Below are positions 61,748 through 64,000 of a stretch of DNA of 64,000 nucleotides, piece by piece; the stretch's first letter is position 1; the number at the start of each line of letters is the position of its first letter. The DNA comes from Acidobacteriota bacterium (lineage in GTDB: Bacteria; Acidobacteriota; Terriglobia; Acidiferrales; UBA7541), in NCBI GenBank assembly GCA_013286465.1, contig JABDFR010000007.1:2836-66835 (forward strand), given 5' to 3'. A program made the translations under genes and the position numbers. The notes beneath the pieces were generated by a model, which did not search any database, was not told the origin of the DNA, and saw only the letters and a program-made list of their open reading frames with translations.

Positions 61748-64000
61748 TCACTCGTATCTCAGCGCCACAATCGGATCTACGCGCGAAGCCCGCCGCGCCG
61801 GCACATAGGTCGCCACCAACGCGACGCCACTCAAAACCACCGCCGCGGAAATCATCACAATCGGATCCCAGGCTTTCACGCCGTAAAGCAAACTAGCCAT
61901 AAATCGCGTCAATCCAAAAGCCGCCCCCACCCCAATCACCACGCCAATCACCGCCAACAACATCCCCTGCCGCACCACCATCCCCCGCACATTCCCCGAC
62001 GTAGCCCCCAACGCCATCCGTATCCCAATCTCCTGCGTCCTCTGCTGCACCGAATAAGCCATCAACCCATAAATCCCAATCGCCGCAAGCAAAAGCGCCA
62101 CCCCAGCAAAAATAGTAAGCAGGGTAGTATTGAAATCCGTCCGCGCCGTAGATTCTCCTCTCACCTCGTCCATCGATCGAATATGCGCCACCGGCAACCC
62201 GCCGCTAGCCACCCGCAATTCCCGCTGAATCTCCTCGCTCAAAGAAAACGGCTGCACGCTCGTCCGCACCGCCCACTCCAGCGGCAAAACCCGATTCTGC
62301 AAAGTAGTCAAGCCATCGGTCACCTGCGCAATCGGCACGTACATGATCGGCCGCGGATCGCGATTTAATCCAGTATCCCGAACATCAGCCACAATCCCGA
62401 TCACCGTCCGCGCCGGCTCCTCAAATTCCGGCCCCAATCCCTTACCGATCGTAACTTGAGCCCCCAACGCGTCGTCCTTCGGCCAATATTTCTTAGCCAT
62501 AGATTCGTTGATCACCAAAACATGCGCCGCATTCGCGTCGTCGCCCTCGCTGATCAACCGCCCGCGCAGCAGGGAAATGCGAAACACCTTAAAGTACCCC
62601 GCAGAAACATCGCGCCACTGTTCGTCGCCGTCGTATTTGCCTTCCGCAGGCGCGCGTCCGGCGATATTGATCGGCAGATCAAGCGTTCCGGCGAGCGGCA
62701 AAGTGCAGCTCACTGATACCGCCTCCACTCCCGGCACCCCCGCAAATCGCTGCTCCGCAGCCCGCACCACCGCCGCCGTACCAGCCGTCTTCTCAAATCG
62801 TTCCCCGGTCAACGACATCTGCATCGTCAGCACATTGTGCCCATCAAATCCCGGATTCACAGAACGCATCACCGTAAAGGTCCGAATCAAAAGCGCCGCT
62901 CCCACCAGCAGCACCAAAGCCAGCGCCATCTCCGTAACCACCAAAATCGACCGCGCCTTGTTCTGCCGGAACCCGCTGCCAGTCCGCGATCCGCTTTCTT
63001 TCAACGTCACCGACAAATCCGTCTTCGAAGCGCTAAACGCCGGAATCAATCCAAATAAAATCCCGGTAACCATGGAAACCAGCAAAGTAAATCCCAGCAC
63101 GCGCCAATCCAAAGAAATCGCCGAAGCATGCTCGCCAATCCGGGGAATATCCCCAGGATTCATCGCCAGCAACCCGCGCACGCCAAGATATCCAAGCACT
63201 AACCCAAGCACGCCGCCGCCAAGCGATAACAACACGGTTTCCGTAAGCAACTGCGAAATAATCCGCCGCCGCCCAGCCCCCAGCGCCGCACGCAGCGCAA
63301 TCTCGCGCTTCCGCAAAGTAGCCCGCGCCAAAAGCAAATTCGCCACATTCGCGCAAGCAATCAACAACACGCAAGCCACCGCCCCCAGCAAAATCAGCAG
63401 CGCCAAACGCACATCGCGCACCACCATATCCCGCAAAGGCAGGGCCCCAACAGTTTCGTTGTCGTCCATCCACCCAGGAAATTTCCGCCGAAACTCGTCC
63501 CCAGCAATCCTCAAAGCCGAATTGGCCTGCTCGAGCGTAACCCCCGGCTTCAATCGCGCCGCCGCATTCAGGTAGTGCGCCTGATCCTGGCTATTCGCAT
63601 CCGGCTGCAAAGGCAGCCAAATATCGGAAGGCGGATCGGTAGTAAATCCTGGCCCGAGCACGCCAATGACGGTGTAGGGCTCGTCGGCCAGCAGAATCGA
63701 TTTCCCGATGGCCGCAGGATCCCCGGCATAACGGCTCTTCCACAATCCATTGCTAATCACCGCCACTTTCGCCCCGCCCGGCCGGTCCTCCTCCTCGGTA
63801 AAAGTGCGCCCCACCGCAACCGGCGCCCCAAACACCTCAAAATAACCAGCCGATGCCCGTATCCCCTTAATCTGCTCAGGCCGCTCCCCGCCAGTAACGT
63901 TGATCCCCGGCCCAGCAAAATCATAAACAGCCGAAGCCGCAAACACGTCCTTCACCTCGCGCCACACCACAAATTTAGGAATCGAAACCGCAGTCCCCAC
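61748..64000 (-). CDS. ADOP-family duplicated MacB/FtsX-type ABC transporter permease (N-terminus lies beyond the right edge)
   Basis: Two FtsX-like four-helix modules are separated by a MacB-type periplasmic domain. The protein ends in the typical ...RASRVDPIVALRYE. The frame is open to base 64000. Confidence 0.9.
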   Translation of the reverse strand: MGTAVSIPKFVVWREVKDVFAASAVYDFAGPGINVTGGERPEQIKGIRASAGYFEVFGAPVAVGRTFTEEEDRPGGAKVAVISNGLWKSRYAGDPAAIGKSILLADEPYTVIGVLGPGFTTDPPSDIWLPLQPDANSQDQAHYLNAAARLKPGVTLEQANSALRIAGDEFRRKFPGWMDDNETVGALPLRDMVVRDVRLALLILLGAVACVLLIACANVANLLLARATLRKREIALRAALGAGRRRIISQLLTETVLLSLGGGVLGLVLGYLGVRGLLAMNPGDIPRIGEHASAISLDWRVLGFTLLVSMVTGILFGLIPAFSASKTDLSVTLKESGSRTGSGFRQNKARSILVVTEMALALVLLVGAALLIRTFTVMRSVNPGFDGHNVLTMQMSLTGERFEKTAGTAAVVRAAEQRFAGVPGVEAVSVSCTLPLAGTLDLPINIAGRAPAEGKYDGDEQWRDVSAGYFKVFRISLLRGRLISEGDDANAAHVLVINESMAKKYWPKDDALGAQVTIGKGLGPEFEEPARTVIGIVADVRDTGLNRDPRPIMYVPIAQVTDGLTTLQNRVLPLEWAVRTSVQPFSLSEEIQRELRVASGGLPVAHIRSMDEVRGESTARTDFNTTLLTIFAGVALLLAAIGIYGLMAYSVQQRTQEIGIRMALGATSGNVRGMVVRQGMLLAVIGVVIGVGAAFGLTRFMASLLYGVKAWDPIVMISAAVVLSGVALVATYVPARRASRVDPIVALRYE

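Noticed and set aside
1-64000. A search for tRNA, rRNA, tmRNA, RNase P RNA or SRP RNA in the intergenic spacers.
   Set aside because: No T-loop-type GGTTCGAATCC motif, no RNase P GAGGAAAGTCC box and no rRNA-like stretches were found by eye in any spacer longer than 60 nt. Absence cannot be proven without tRNAscan or Infernal.

Overview
A moderately GC-rich 64-kb chromosomal segment. It probably comes from an Acidobacteriota (Terriglobia-like) genome. This guess rests on gene content: an ADOP-type duplicated FtsX permease, a PD40-propeller Ser/Thr kinase and an IPT/TIG lipoprotein. About 52 protein genes are supported, nearly all on the + strand. I found no rRNA, tRNA, CRISPR array, prophage or classical IS.

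Left half (1-35.4 kb): housekeeping and salvage genes.
- carB 3' end, a DHDPS-family aldolase, bshC, lacD-like aldolase, yjbQ, hemW, ltaE.
- An ACE-like M2 peptidase, acyl-CoA dehydrogenase, meaB, an MBL hydrolase, mtnP, a PfkB kinase.
- An IPT/TIG-propeller lipoprotein, an M16 peptidase pair, ldcA-mpl-M61 peptidase, plsC.
- lpxD (-), murJ, xerD, a CCA/PcnB-family nucleotidyltransferase, dnaE, accA.

Centre-right (36.1-54.4 kb): one co-directional heme/respiration gene string.
- System I cytochrome c maturation genes: ccmE (Cys-type CxxxY variant), ccmF, a ccmH-like gene, two unusual inserted genes, then ccmABCD.
- hemH.
- A split b6-type Rieske/cytochrome b complex with a 1080-aa membrane-anchored octaheme cytochrome c.
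- A cupredoxin lipoprotein, ctaA, ctaB and a DUF420/CtaM gene.

Right end: a zinc-ribbon protein, a ferredoxin-icd pair (-), erpA, a RayT-type Y1 transposase, a Ser/Thr kinase and a truncated ADOP permease (-).

The most distinctive non-coding signal is four families of dispersed palindromic repeats.
- REP-A is a GTAG-led GGGCGGG/CCCGCCC hairpin with at least 11 copies. It shows compensatory stem substitutions, and copies in inverted orientation bracket the rayT gene, which is the REPtron architecture.
- REP-B and REP-C are two other GTAG-led families. Each occurs as a REPIN-like inverted doublet.
- Rpt-D is a ~120-bp element with an AT-rich hairpin core. Its two copies both lie inside the heme gene string.

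Several track ORF starts run through these repeats, and I have moved them downstream.
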